From Chiloscyllium plagiosum (Eukaryota): 60,643 nucleotides of DNA. This document shows positions 23,371-34,518 of this stretch, in pieces. The notes under the pieces were generated by a model, which was given only the letters and a program-made list of their open reading frames with translations, was not told where the DNA came from and did not search any database. Positions within the stretch are counted from its first letter, which is position 1. Each line of letters begins with the position of its first letter. The DNA lies in the NCBI RefSeq assembly GCF_004010195.1, contig NC_057760.1:1864776-1925418 (forward strand), in the 5' to 3' direction. Made by a program: the position numbers and the translations under genes.

Positions 23371-23589
23371 AATCAGTGTTGGAATGGTTACCAAAGTGGC
23401 AAATTTCACTTGCTTTAGTTTGTTTTGTAAATTCTCCTTTAACTGTGTTTGGAAAAGCCTGGGTTTCGGCAGCAGATATTAATTTCATTGCCTTTTTGTT
23501 CATCTTTGTTCTGATGAAGTCACATGATTAATAACAAATTATATCTGCAGATCCAGTTTTATAATTCCTATTTGATCTGTTTTGCTATT

Positions 23590-24395
23590 CCTGTCCTTTC
23601 ACATTATTGGGCCTCAGTTCCTGAAGTTTGAAAGGCATAAAACAGACACCTAGAATTGGCAACTCACACCCTGGAGTGGGTAGTCTGAAAACAAGCTGAC
23701 ATACTGCCTTAATACGGCACTAGAAATTGTTAAATATGTTTTCAAGGTGTCAGAAGGTTGCCTGGTATTCTTGCAGAACATGATTAAAACTAAACAGACA
23801 TTTTTAATCAGAAGACTGGAAATAATCTTGTCCGAGCAAGCTAAGATCACAAACATTATGGATATAATAATGAAACAATGGATTTAATGAAAATAGAGAG
23901 GCTCAGTATCAAAAATAGATCTAGAGATAGGTCAGTAACCCCCGAAATGCAGTTAATGCAAACTGAACTGAGAAAATTGGAGATGGAATTCCAAAGGGTA
24001 GAAAAAGAGAAAGCATTTCAAAGAGCATTTGAACATTAAAGACAGGACCTTCAAAAGGAGGAAACGGTGAAACAAAGGGAATTTAAATTACAAATCATGC
24101 AGTGTAAGCAAGTTAAACCAGAAGAGGAAAGCCAGAGTCATAATCTATGGTTCAATCAGGAGATGTTTCTGATTGTCTTGGTCTCACCAAGATTTGAAAA
24201 GAAATGTTGTTTGAGAAGGCAGCAACCCAACTAAGGTGGTCAACCCCAGATTGGACACTGTCCATACAAAGTGGTTTAGAGGAATCTTCCAGAGATTATG
24301 ATGAGATGAAAAAGGGTATTCGAAGCACATTTGGACTGGTCCCAGAAGCAAACAGACAGATGTTTCAGAATAGAACGAGACAGCCTGAACAGGCT
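23590..24395 (+). mobile_element. Gypsy gag relic (second element)
   Basis: A coiled-coil E/K-rich stretch, then GLEESSRDYDEMKKGIRSTFGLVPEANRQMFQN, homologous to the gag at 13878-14252. Confidence 0.75.
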
Positions 24396-25665
24396 AACAT
24401 CACCAATTTTACCTGTGTCCCATACTTCCTTACTTTCTGAATGATTCTACCATGGGGAACCTCATCAAACACCTTGTTAAAATTCATGTACACCACATCA
24501 CTGCTCTCCCTTCATTAATATGTTTTGTCACATCCTCAAAGAATTCAATAAGACTTGTGAGGCATGACCTGCTCCTCACAAAGCCATGCTGACTATCTCT
24601 AATCAAACTATACTTTTTCAATAAGTCATACAATATGGAATAGGCCCTTCGGCCCATTCAATCTGTCCATCCAAAGCTGCAATAAATGTACAGTGGTCCT
24701 ACTTTTATACACTCCGTCCATGTCCCTCATAATCTTCTACCCCTCTCTCAGGCCCACCATGCTCACCCTTTTCTGCTCCAAATTAAACCCTCCCAGTTTA
24801 TCCAGCCTCTCCTCACAGCTGAATTGCTCCATCCCAGGCAACATCCTGGGGAATCTTTGCTGCACCCCCTCCAGTACAATCACATCCTTCCTGTACTGTG
24901 GGGACCAGAACCACACACAGTACACCAACTGTGGTCTAACCAAAGTCCTGTACAGCTGCAATATAACCTCCCTGCTCTTGTAATCCACATAATGACTGAG
25001 AAAGGTAGATATTAACTTCCCTAAACCCACCTTGAGGGATCTGTGGACAAGCATCTCAAGATATCTCTGTCCCTTGGGACTCTACACTATCCTACCATTC
25101 ATTGAGTATCCCCTTCTCTTGTCCCTTCTTCCATAGTACATCACCTCACATTTATCAGGGTGAAAACCTATCAGCCACTGATCTACCCATCTGACCAATC
25201 CATTTCTATCCTCCTGTACCCTAACACCATCTTCCTCACTGCCAATAGCCCGGTGAGCTTTGTATCAGCTACAAAGTGACTTATCATTACCCTCCATATT
25301 CTCACTGATGTTCTTTATCTATCTCAGAAACAGGAAGGGAGCCAGCACTGATCCCTGTGCCACATCACTGCACACCGGGCTCCAGTCATACAGACTACCT
25401 TCAACCACCACCCTCTGTCTCCTGTCACTGAGATAATTCTGGATGTGACTTGTCAAATTACCCTGAGTCCCATGAGCTCTTAACCTTCTTTATTAGGCTA
25501 TCAGGTGGGACTTTGGTAAAGGCCATGCTAAAATTGATATGAACCTGTTTGTTAGGTATGATCTCCCTCTGACAAAGACACGCTGACTATCCCTGATCAA
25601 ACCTTGCCTCTCCAAGTGGAGATTAATGTGCTCCTTCAGAACTTTCTCCAATACTTTCCCTACCT
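24396..25665 (-). mobile_element. Two or more CR1-clade LINE fragments
   Basis: Minus-strand LQLYRTLVRPQLVYCVWFWSPQYRKDVIVLEGVQQRFPRMLPGM, plus RT pieces at 24400-24620 and 25100-25660. Confidence 0.85.
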
Positions 25666-25674
25666 GTTAGAAAC

Positions 25675-26625
25675 GGTACATATCTAATTGCTACTCCTTA
25701 TTGTAGGAAAATAATTGATTGTGTCGTGTGAACATATTAACACAGTGCTATTGTACAGAAGACAATGAGAATGTACAAAATATAAAGAGCTGCAGATGTT
25801 GGAAATCTGAAACAAAAACATACAATCCTGTACAAACTGAGTAACATTTGTGGAGAGAAAGCAGTGATAACATTTCGGGATCAGTGACCTTTTGCCAGAA
25901 CCTTCCTGACGAAGAATTACTGGACTCGAAACATTTAACTGGTTTCTCTCCACAGATGTTGCCAGACCTGCTGAGTTTCTCCAGCATTTTCTGGAGCCGT
26001 ATGTGAATGTACAGCTGTGTCAACTAGTAAGTAGAGGAGGATATGAGAAAGAAGAATGAGAACTGAAGAGAATTGACAATTCCCAAACAGAGCTCTCCAT
26101 TTCAGATTATCCAATGCGGAGATATTAGAGCGTTCAGACATTGTATTATTGTATATGGAGAAACGTCAACAGAGAGATATATTTAAACTGCTCAGAAAAT
26201 ACAAAGACATTTACAAAGATACACTTGGATAGGCCATATTAACTAAACGTGACATGGACCCGATAAAACAAAAGCCCTGTATTGGTTAATCTCAGAGAAA
26301 CAGCCCAAAATAACAAAGGAAATTTAATACATGTTGGAGGATCTATTGATCAAACCAACTCAGAGTAATTGGAGTTCTCCTGTAGTATTGGTTCCTAAAC
26401 CATATGGTTTAATTAGATTATGTGTAGACTGTAGGAAAGTTTGTGCAGTCAGTCAGAAAGACAGATTCACAACCCACTCCCAGACTAAAAGCTTGCATTG
26501 GTAGAGTTGTTAGCGTGTCATTCTTATATAAAATTGATTTGTTGAAATGATACTGACAAATAAGAGTTGACAACAAAAGTGAAGGAAAATTTTGCACGTC
26601 ACACCCAATGGATTGCACTTTTGCC
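25675..26625 (+). mobile_element. Gypsy pol relic: integrase C-terminal tail followed by RT N-terminus
   Basis: TYLIATP...LCRVNIL near 25680-25750, then NWSSPVVLVPKPYGLIRLCVDCRKV near 26365-26440. Confidence 0.75.
25778..26000. mobile_element. Foldback Penelope-end mini-element (third variant, older)
   Basis: Inverted arms around CTGACGA-agaattactggactc-GAAAC (25906-25932). Probable TSD atgWgaatgtaca (25765-25777, 26001-26013). Confidence 0.6.
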
Positions 26626-26629
26626 ACAC

Positions 26630-26808
26630 AAATGCCAGGCTCTGACCATCACCAATAAGAGACACTAACCACCACCCCAAGGCACTCAATGGTGTTCCCA
26701 TCACTGAATTCCCCCCCACTATCTACATCCGGGGAGTTATCATAGATCAGAAACTCAGCTGGACTCACCACATAAACACAGTGGCTCGAAGGGAAGGTCA
26801 AAAGCTGG
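26630..26808 (+). mobile_element. CR1/L2-type LINE ORF2 fragment
   Basis: Homologous to 51390-51570 (catcactgaat...ggggttaYcatWgaYcagaaact). Confidence 0.7.
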
Positions 26809-27268
26809 AGTCATAAAGGTGTAGAGTCAGAGAGTCATAGAGATGTACAGCACGAAAACAGACCCTTCGGTCCAACCTGTCCATGCCGACCAGATATCCC
26901 AACCCAATCTAGTCCAACCTGCCAGCACCCGGCCCATATCCCTCCAAACCCTTCCTATTCATACACCCATCTAAATGCCTCTTAAATGTTGCAAGTGTAC
27001 CAGCCTCCACCACATCCTCTGGCAGCTCATTCCATACACGTACCACCCTCTGGGTGAAAAAGTTGCCCCTTAGGTCTCTTTTATAGCTTTCCCCTCTCAC
27101 CTTAAACCTATGCCCCTCTAGTTCTGGACTCCCCGACCCCAGGGAAAAGACTTTGTCTATTTACCCTATCTATGTACTTACTTACATCACAGAAACATGT
27201 CCTTTGGTTCAACTCATCCATACCAACCAGATATTCTAACCTAATCTAGTCCCATTTGCCAGCACTTG
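26809..27268 (-). mobile_element. Two CR1 3' ends
   Basis: RGESYKRDLRGNFFTQRVVRVWNELPEDVVEAG and a (gagtcata)n tail. A second tail at 27190-27268 runs into the gap. Confidence 0.9.
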
Positions 27269-27768
27269 NNNNNNNNNNNNNNNNNNNNNNNNNNNNNNNN
27301 NNNNNNNNNNNNNNNNNNNNNNNNNNNNNNNNNNNNNNNNNNNNNNNNNNNNNNNNNNNNNNNNNNNNNNNNNNNNNNNNNNNNNNNNNNNNNNNNNNNN
27401 NNNNNNNNNNNNNNNNNNNNNNNNNNNNNNNNNNNNNNNNNNNNNNNNNNNNNNNNNNNNNNNNNNNNNNNNNNNNNNNNNNNNNNNNNNNNNNNNNNNN
27501 NNNNNNNNNNNNNNNNNNNNNNNNNNNNNNNNNNNNNNNNNNNNNNNNNNNNNNNNNNNNNNNNNNNNNNNNNNNNNNNNNNNNNNNNNNNNNNNNNNNN
27601 NNNNNNNNNNNNNNNNNNNNNNNNNNNNNNNNNNNNNNNNNNNNNNNNNNNNNNNNNNNNNNNNNNNNNNNNNNNNNNNNNNNNNNNNNNNNNNNNNNNN
27701 NNNNNNNNNNNNNNNNNNNNNNNNNNNNNNNNNNNNNNNNNNNNNNNNNNNNNNNNNNNNNNNNNNNN
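27269..27768. other. Assembly gap (500 N)
   Basis: N run that truncates a KCNN exon. Confidence 0.99.
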
Positions 27769-27789
27769 TCCATTATCTATCATGAAAAG
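27769..27789 (-). CDS. KCNN3: SK channel exon following the S2 exon; only the first 7 codons are visible before the gap
   Basis: Pyrimidine-rich acceptor ctctgtcctgttctgtcttgcAG followed by LFMIDNG, the conserved continuation of REVQ in KCNN channels. Phase 0 matches exon 54857-54952. The paralog assignment is tentative. Confidence 0.75.
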
Positions 27790-28887
27790 CTGCAAGACAG
27801 AACAGGACAGAGGGTTCTGTAGAACGTGGGAGAAAGATTTATCAAAGTTATGTTGTGCAAATCACTGGCCTTTTCCCAGCTGTGTTCTGGTCACTACACT
27901 TTATAAAGAATCTGAAGGCTTCGGAGAGGAGATTAAACCTGAGATGAGGGACTTTGGATGTGTGGAGAAGTTGGAATTGTTCTTAAGAAGCCTGCAGGGA
28001 GGTTCAAAACAGGTTTTCAATTATTACATTGGGTTCTGGTCGAGGAGACAGTGAGAAAATGTTTCAGTGAATAACCCAAGGACATAAATTCAAGATAATT
28101 CTCAAAAGAACTAGGAGGGGATCAGAATTTTTTTTTTGCAGTGAGTGATGATCTGGAACATAGTGTCTGAAAGGATGATGGAACAGGCTTAATGGTAACT
28201 TTCAAAAGGATATTGGATAAATAGGAACATAACAGGCCTTTCAGCCCTTTGAAACTATACTAGCCATTCTAGATCATAGCTGATAATCGACCTCAATGCC
28301 ATATCCCCCATATGCTTTGCTGTCATTAACTAGCTAGAGATGTGGTCTGGCTCTGTTGGGCTGAGGGTCCTCTTTCTTTGCTGTAATGTTTCTCCAGATA
28401 AATGAGCAATGAGAAGAGCCAGAAGATCTGCTCTGTTCAGGGGTCATCAGTCAGCTGCCAGTTTACTGCTTATTCCCTCCTGCCCTTTGCCCTGTTCAGA
28501 ATCTCACAGTGAGAGATGAGGAGGATTGCTCAGCACGCTGACCAAACTGCACTGCATCACTTGTCAAAGACAAGCCAAGGCCCCTGGGACTGACATCCTA
28601 ATATCCTTACCCATCATCGGCAATATCCTTATGATCAGCTTCCTATAACCCAACCCCGTGTGAAAAGTTCCTCACCGGCAGGATTGAAAGGAGGTGGCAT
28701 GAGGGGGTACATCTTGCAGTGAAATGAGAATAGCAACGGGCATTTCTGCTAGGTACTCCGGTTTCCCCTTGAAATAATTTCACACGGGCTGGTATCCCGT
28801 CACCAAGTCTCCCTTTACTTACATGTGGAAAGTCCTTGACACTGATCCAGCTCCCTCAGAGCAAATAGGATGTCTGACATTCCTGTT

Positions 28888-29182
28888 GCTTTTTTTTTGT
28901 ACAAAGCTTTATTCAGTTTCCACCACCAGGAAGAAAGGAAACACCCGAGTGGCCAGTGACAAGCAGTGCCCTTCACATCAAAGGGCAATGCTGTGTGATC
29001 AAACAGTGAAGGGGAGGGCAGGGATTAAATCAAAATAAAGTTGGAGGGAGAGATAATACACTCAGCTCCCTGCAGTGCCCAGTTCTCCATGAACAGCTTA
29101 ACGGCGTTGGTGGACACCACGTGCTCCTTCTCCAGAGACACCCAGGCTCTAACGTAACCGCGGAAGAGGGGCAGGCGGTCGG
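28888..29182 (-). mobile_element. Tx1/L1-clade non-LTR retrotransposon, short 5'-truncated copy
   Basis: Highly similar to 29480-29757, with a poly(A) tail on the minus strand just after an AATAAA. Confidence 0.85.
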
Positions 29183-29354
29183 ACACTCGTGTTTCTTCTT
29201 TTTCCTCTTTTTTTTACTAATCCAGCTCCCTCAAGAGCCAGCTCTCAGAGTGAACAGCACCTCTGACACTTATTTATCTAAAACACTCCGGCTTTTTTTT
29301 TGTTTTGTTTTTTTTTAAGCTCTCAGAGTGTCAGGATGTTGGACACTCCTGTTT

Positions 29355-30521
29355 TTTAAAAAATTTTTTTATTTTAACCCCCACACTACTGCCTAATTGC
29401 GGTAGTGCTTATTTTTTCCCCAGCACCCATGATATGTGTGTGCAGGTGTGAGACACAGTGAGAGACACAAGGTGCACGAATCTTTATTCAAATTTCCACC
29501 ACCAGGAAGAAAGGAAACACCCGAGTGGCCAGTGACAAGCAGTGCCCTTCACATCAAAGGGCGATGCTGTGTGATCAAACAGTGAAGGGGAGGGCAGGGA
29601 CTAAATCAAAATAAAGTTGGAGGGAGAGATAATACACTCCACTCCCTGCGGCGGCCACCTCTCCCTGAACAACTCCAGGGTGTCGGTGGATACTGCGTGC
29701 TCCTTTTCCAGAGACACCCGGGCTCTAACGTAACCGCGGAAGAGGGGCAGGCAGTCAGCCCTAACGACCCCCTCCAGGGCCCGCTGCCTCGACCTGTCTA
29801 TGGCCAGTTTGGCCAGGCCCAGGAGCAGACCCACGAGGAGGTCTTCAGACCTGCCCTCCCTCCTCCGTACCGGGTGCCCGAAGATCAGGAGCGTGGGACT
29901 GAAGTGCAACCAAAAGCAGAGAAGGAGGTTTTTAAGAAAGTCAAAAAGGGAGTGCAAACGCCCACACCCAATATATACATGGTCCACGGACTCCACAGCG
30001 CCACAGAACAAGCAGTTGGGCTGGGAGTCCGTGAACCACCGCAATCTGCGGTTGCAGGGGGCTGCTGCGTGCAGCACCCTCCACCCAGATCCCTGAGAGA
30101 AAGGGGGAGGACTCCCGTGTAGAGAGCCCTCCACTGGGGATCCCCACCGCCCGGTGGCAAATGGGCACGCCAAGGCGTGTCCGGACGGTGGATGAGGGAG
30201 AAGAGGTGGACGGTGTGCAGCAGCAGTCTATATAAGGCCCTCCTTTTTTTACCCCCTGGAAGGGAACAAAATTAAAATTCCGGAGGCGGCTCAGGTTGTG
30301 GGGCACAGGCTCCCGCGGGAAGTATGGGACCTTGGGGCCAAAGTGAAATTCTGTCCCGGCTGGGGTGAGCGCGGACGGGATCCCACCGCACACCTGAGCG
30401 TCCTCCAACTGGTGCACTATGTCGGGTCCGAGCACCACCTTTTTAAGGCGTCGGATAGCAGTGGCCACGTTTTGGATGTCTACCGCTGCCCTGCTTCCTA
30501 TGTCCTGCGGCAGCATCCAGA
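29355..30521 (-). mobile_element. Tx1/L1-clade non-LTR retrotransposon 3' part (ORF2 C-terminal zinc finger, 3' UTR, poly(A))
   Basis: WRVLHAA...CLFCGAVESVDHVYIGCGRL is a CCHC zf-RVT-type motif. Stop near 29601, A-rich tail at 29355-29375, flanked by ACACTCCTGTTT on both sides. Confidence 0.9.
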
Positions 30522-30533
30522 ACACTCCTGTTT

Positions 30534-30695
30534 CTTTTTCTTTTTTTTTTCTTTTTCTTTTTCTCTTCGTTTTTTTATTAACCCCCACACTAACGCCTAA
30601 CTGCGGTAGTGCTTATTTTACCCCAGCACCCATGGTATGTGTGCAGGTGTGAGACACAGTGAGAGACACAAAGTGCACGAATCTTTATTCAATTT
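30534..30695 (-). mobile_element. Tx1/L1-clade element, 3' UTR-only copy with an A-rich tail
   Basis: Near-identical to 29370-29495 and flanked by ACACTCCTGTTT at 30522 and 30696. Confidence 0.88.
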
Positions 30696-31969
30696 ACACT
30701 CCTGTTTCTATCTGTCAGCCAAGGTTCCCTGATTGGACCAGACTAATAGCCTCAATTAGGGAACTCATATTCCATAAGGTCCACCTGGTTGACCTTGTTA
30801 CAATCACTAAATCTCCCACAGTCCAAAGACATGCTAAATTGCCCTTAGTGTCCAGGGAGGTGCAGGTTAGGGTGGATTGGCCATGGGAAATTGTCCCGTA
30901 GTGCCCAGGGATGTGCAGGTTAGGGTGGATTGGCCATGGGGAATTGTTCCATAGTGTCCAGGGATGTGCAGGCTAGGGTGGATTGGCCATGGGAAATTGT
31001 CCCATAGTGCCCAGGGATGTGCAGGCTAGGTGGGTTAGCTATGGGAAATGCAGGGTTATAGGGATAGGGTGGGAGGCTTGGTCTGGGTGGGATGCTCTTC
31101 GGAAGATTGGTGCAAACTCGATGGGCCGAATGTCATCTTTCCATACTATTGGGATTCCCGAACAGAAATGGTCAAAAAGGGAACCTCAGTTGTATTGTGC
31201 TGTTTATAAGACTGGAACATCCTGTTGGTGTTCTGCAGCCCATTTAGTATTTTCTGAAGTGTGGGCACTGTTGTTTTGCAGGAAGTGCACAGAGAGCTCA
31301 CACAAACAGCAATGTGACTCAGACCAGATAGGAATACATACTCTCAATGTCAAAATGGCCATCCACACTGCTCCCCATGCAACACACTGCAAGTGGGTCA
31401 TGATGTTGTTGCATTCACATTAGCAGACTGCACCCTTCATTAGAGAGGAAGGAAGAAATGGGCCGTGGGCAGGGGGAACACTCCCTTGCCAACTCTCCTC
31501 TGCCTGGGCATTGTGAGAGGGGGCAGCAAGCCAGGGACAGTGTCAGTGCTGGCCATGACTAGTCGTTTGTCTGTTGAAAACCCAGTCTGGGTTTTCTTGG
31601 CTACGATTAATCGCCAAAAACACATTACGCAGGCTAGAAAACAACTTTAAACAAAAGACGCACAGACGAGGTTCCTGACAGCTACCATTCTGTCACTTTG
31701 CTGAGAAATGACAGACCGGATCATCTGTTCTTTTAAACTGCTTTGAGGAATAAGCAGAGTAGAGCTCCCTTCTTTCTCGCCCACCTCATAGAGCAGACAC
31801 GAGAGATAGCATATTGGGCTGCAGGTTTCTGTGCTGTATACCTATCATTCCAACAGACTGCACCTCTGACGGTACAGCATTCCTTCAAGTACCGCTACAG
31901 CATCGGGAACATCAGCTTTGAATTTGCTGACAAGTTTCTCAGAAGAGATTTAACCCCACAATCCTCTGT

Positions 31970-32200
31970 CGGTTCTAGCTCTGTTGGCTGGATGGCTGGT
32001 TTGTGATACTGAGTGACAACAGCAGAGTGGGTTCAGTTCTGACTGGGCTGAGGTTACGATGAAGAGATCTCCTTCTCAACCTCTCCCTTCACCTGAACTG
32101 TGCTGACCCTCAGCTTAAACCATCCCTGACCCCTCTCTCTTGCTCCCTAACGAAAGAGCAGTCCTGTGGTCTGGTAAGACTATGACAATTTTACCCTCAC
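31970..32200 (+). mobile_element. tRNA-derived SINE (family other than HE1), diverged
   Basis: tagctctgttggctgg (A-box-like) and gtgggttcagttct (B-box-like) followed by a ~150-bp body. Confidence 0.55.
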
Positions 32201-32639
32201 CTTGACAGAGTGAGTGTGCAGGAAGATTTAAATGCATCTAAGATCCCAGAATGGAGTGGACACAGTCCAAACTGAGAAAGGACAGGTGAGAGAAAGAGTA
32301 AGCCTATCTGGAAAGGGCTCAGTGTGGGTAGAGTCATTCTAGAACGACAGCCATTCAAGGTAGATCTTACATTTCCACTGGAAAGACTGCCTCAATCTTA
32401 GCGATCTCCTGGGAGTTTAATTTTTCAGTCATTTAACTTGACATTTAGTGACAGGTTTGATGCAAGGTTGTGGTGCCCTTCGGTAATCCAATGGTTGGTG
32501 CTGGGGCCTCGGTGCGCGATGCTCAGGGGACGTGAATTAACTTAAACATACTTCAAAGAAGATCACAGATAAAGCAGGATATTGAGAGCTGGGGGGGTGG
32601 TGGTGGTGGGGTTGCTGGTGTTGCTGTTTAAAGCAGATA

Positions 32640-32940
32640 AGAGAGAAACTGCAGACTTCTCAGTTACTGTAAGGGAGAGGGAATGGGAGGCAGAGGAAAA
32701 GGAATAGGGAGAGGCAAAAGGTGAAGAAAGCAGGGAGAAAGACAGGCATGGGAGAAGAAGATGGGGGAGACAGAGAGAGAAGCAACTGACATAATGAGAC
32801 AAAAAAGGGGAGAGAGAGCAAGTAACAGAAAGAGCGGATGAGAGAAGTAGAGAGAAACAAACAGGAAAAACAGAGTGAATGAGAGTGAAATGGTGAAGAA
32901 GGGGGAGCAATGGTGAGTGAGAAAGACAAGGGTGGAATAT
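32640..32940. repeat. Purine-rich (GA) low-complexity tract
   Basis: Base composition. Confidence 0.7.
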
Positions 32941-33959
32941 GGTGGGGTCTGAGCGGTGGGGGTTTCAACAGGATTAGTGGTAGAATTGTAGAACAGCTCA
33001 CTCCATCTTTCACATCTTTTCACAAGTGCTCGGGTGAGATTCTGGGCAGGCAACGGCCAATCAACAGTGACTGAAGTTCGTTAGACCCTTTGTTAATGAC
33101 CCAATCACCTCATTCACATGCAGCTTTCTATCTTACCAGACAAGCTAGATATCAACATAGAAACCAGATTAAGAACTTGGCGAATTCAGATTGCTGCTTG
33201 CTCCAAAGGACATCAGGCATTAATATCTCAGGGCACACTCTGTGGGCACCCGCCCATCCACAGGCATTGGTAACCGACATGGCACAGTTCTGACCCACTT
33301 ACAGGACGTTCCTCCATTTTAAAGTTACACTCAGCATCTATCACGGTAATGTTCCAGTGAAGACACAGTGTGCTCAGAGGACACACCTACTTCTCACAGA
33401 CTGCACCTGGCTGTTTCTTTGTCTGTGTGCTCACTCGCATAGCGCTCATCACTCTGCACCTGCCTGGATGCTGACAGCACCCCTGCTTTGCCTTGCTATC
33501 CTCTTCACAGTTTGTCCCCTCATGATACCACTCTCATCACACTGCTGTTGTTTAGCTCTGACACAGAGGATAGAAGCTTGCCATGGTCATCAGCAGGCAT
33601 TTGTGGGGACCCTGATACAGTTATGATATCAGTCAAGGGCTTCTCTTTAGGAGCATGAAAATGGCTGACACAGTTGTTACTTTCAGTTCAGGGCACCATC
33701 TACAGTGGGTGTGCCAAGCAAGTGCTTCGGCAGGGGGTTAGTGGCATCGTGGGCTTGAGGTGGGTCACAGCAAGCATGGGAAGAATGGGTAGGAATCGGT
33801 GAGAGTGGTAAAGCAGGAGCCTTACTGAGAGGTGGCCGCAGCAGTAGGGATAGAGTTAGCATGGGACATCAGACAGAGAGGTCAGTGGCACTTACAGTGA
33901 CAGACTGAATGCTTCCTAGACTTTCCCCTTATCTGGGGCGAGTGTCAGGAACCACGCAG

Positions 33960-34518
33960 GACATTGGCTAGGCCACTGTTGGAGTATTGCGTGCAATTCT
34001 GGTCTCCTTCCTATCAGAAAGATGTTGTGAAACTTGAAAGGGTTCAGAAAAGATCTCCAAGGATGTTGCCAGGGTTGGAGGGTTTGAGCTATAGCGAGAG
34101 GCTGAACAGGCTGGGGCTGTTTTCCCTGCAGTATCGGAGGCTGAGGGGTGACCTTATAGAGGTTTATAAAATCATGAGGGGCATGGATAGGGTAAATGAA
34201 CAAAGTCTTTTCCCTGGGGTTGGGGTGTCCAGAACTGGAGGGCATAGGTTTAGGGTGAGAGGGGAAAGATATAAAAGAGACCTAAAGGGCAACTTTTTCA
34301 CACAGAGGGTGGTACGTGTATGGAATGAGCTGCCAAAGGAAGTGGTGGAGGCTGGTACAATTGTAACATTTAAAAGGCATCTGGATGGGTATATGAATAG
34401 GAAGGGTTTGGAGGGATATGGGCCAGGTGTTGGCAGGTGGGGCTAGACTGGGTTGGGATATCTGGTCAGCATGGACGAGTTGGACCGAAGGGTCTGTTTC
34501 CGTGCTATGACTGTATGA
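33960..34518 (+). mobile_element. Young 5'-truncated CR1-clade LINE 3' end
   Basis: Uninterrupted 160-aa ORF2 C-terminus (LEYCVQFWSP...RGDLIEVYK...[10 protein letters not shown]) plus tail. Confidence 0.95.

Larger units (their letters stand above)
28770..30811. mobile_element. Probable solo LTR (pieces 28770-28887 and 30696-30811) hosting Tx1 insertions
   Basis: A short discrete insert in the SINE that starts TG and ends caatcactaAA (CA expected). The two halves join at the duplicated ACACTCCTGTT. Confidence 0.6.
28750..31160 (+). mobile_element. HE1-type SINE split by a solo LTR, with a 53-bp tandem expansion in its 3' part
   Basis: ggtactccggtttcc (28752-28766) resumes as ctcccacagtccaaaga (30813 onward). 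About four 53-bp units lie at 30848-31050. Confidence 0.75.
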
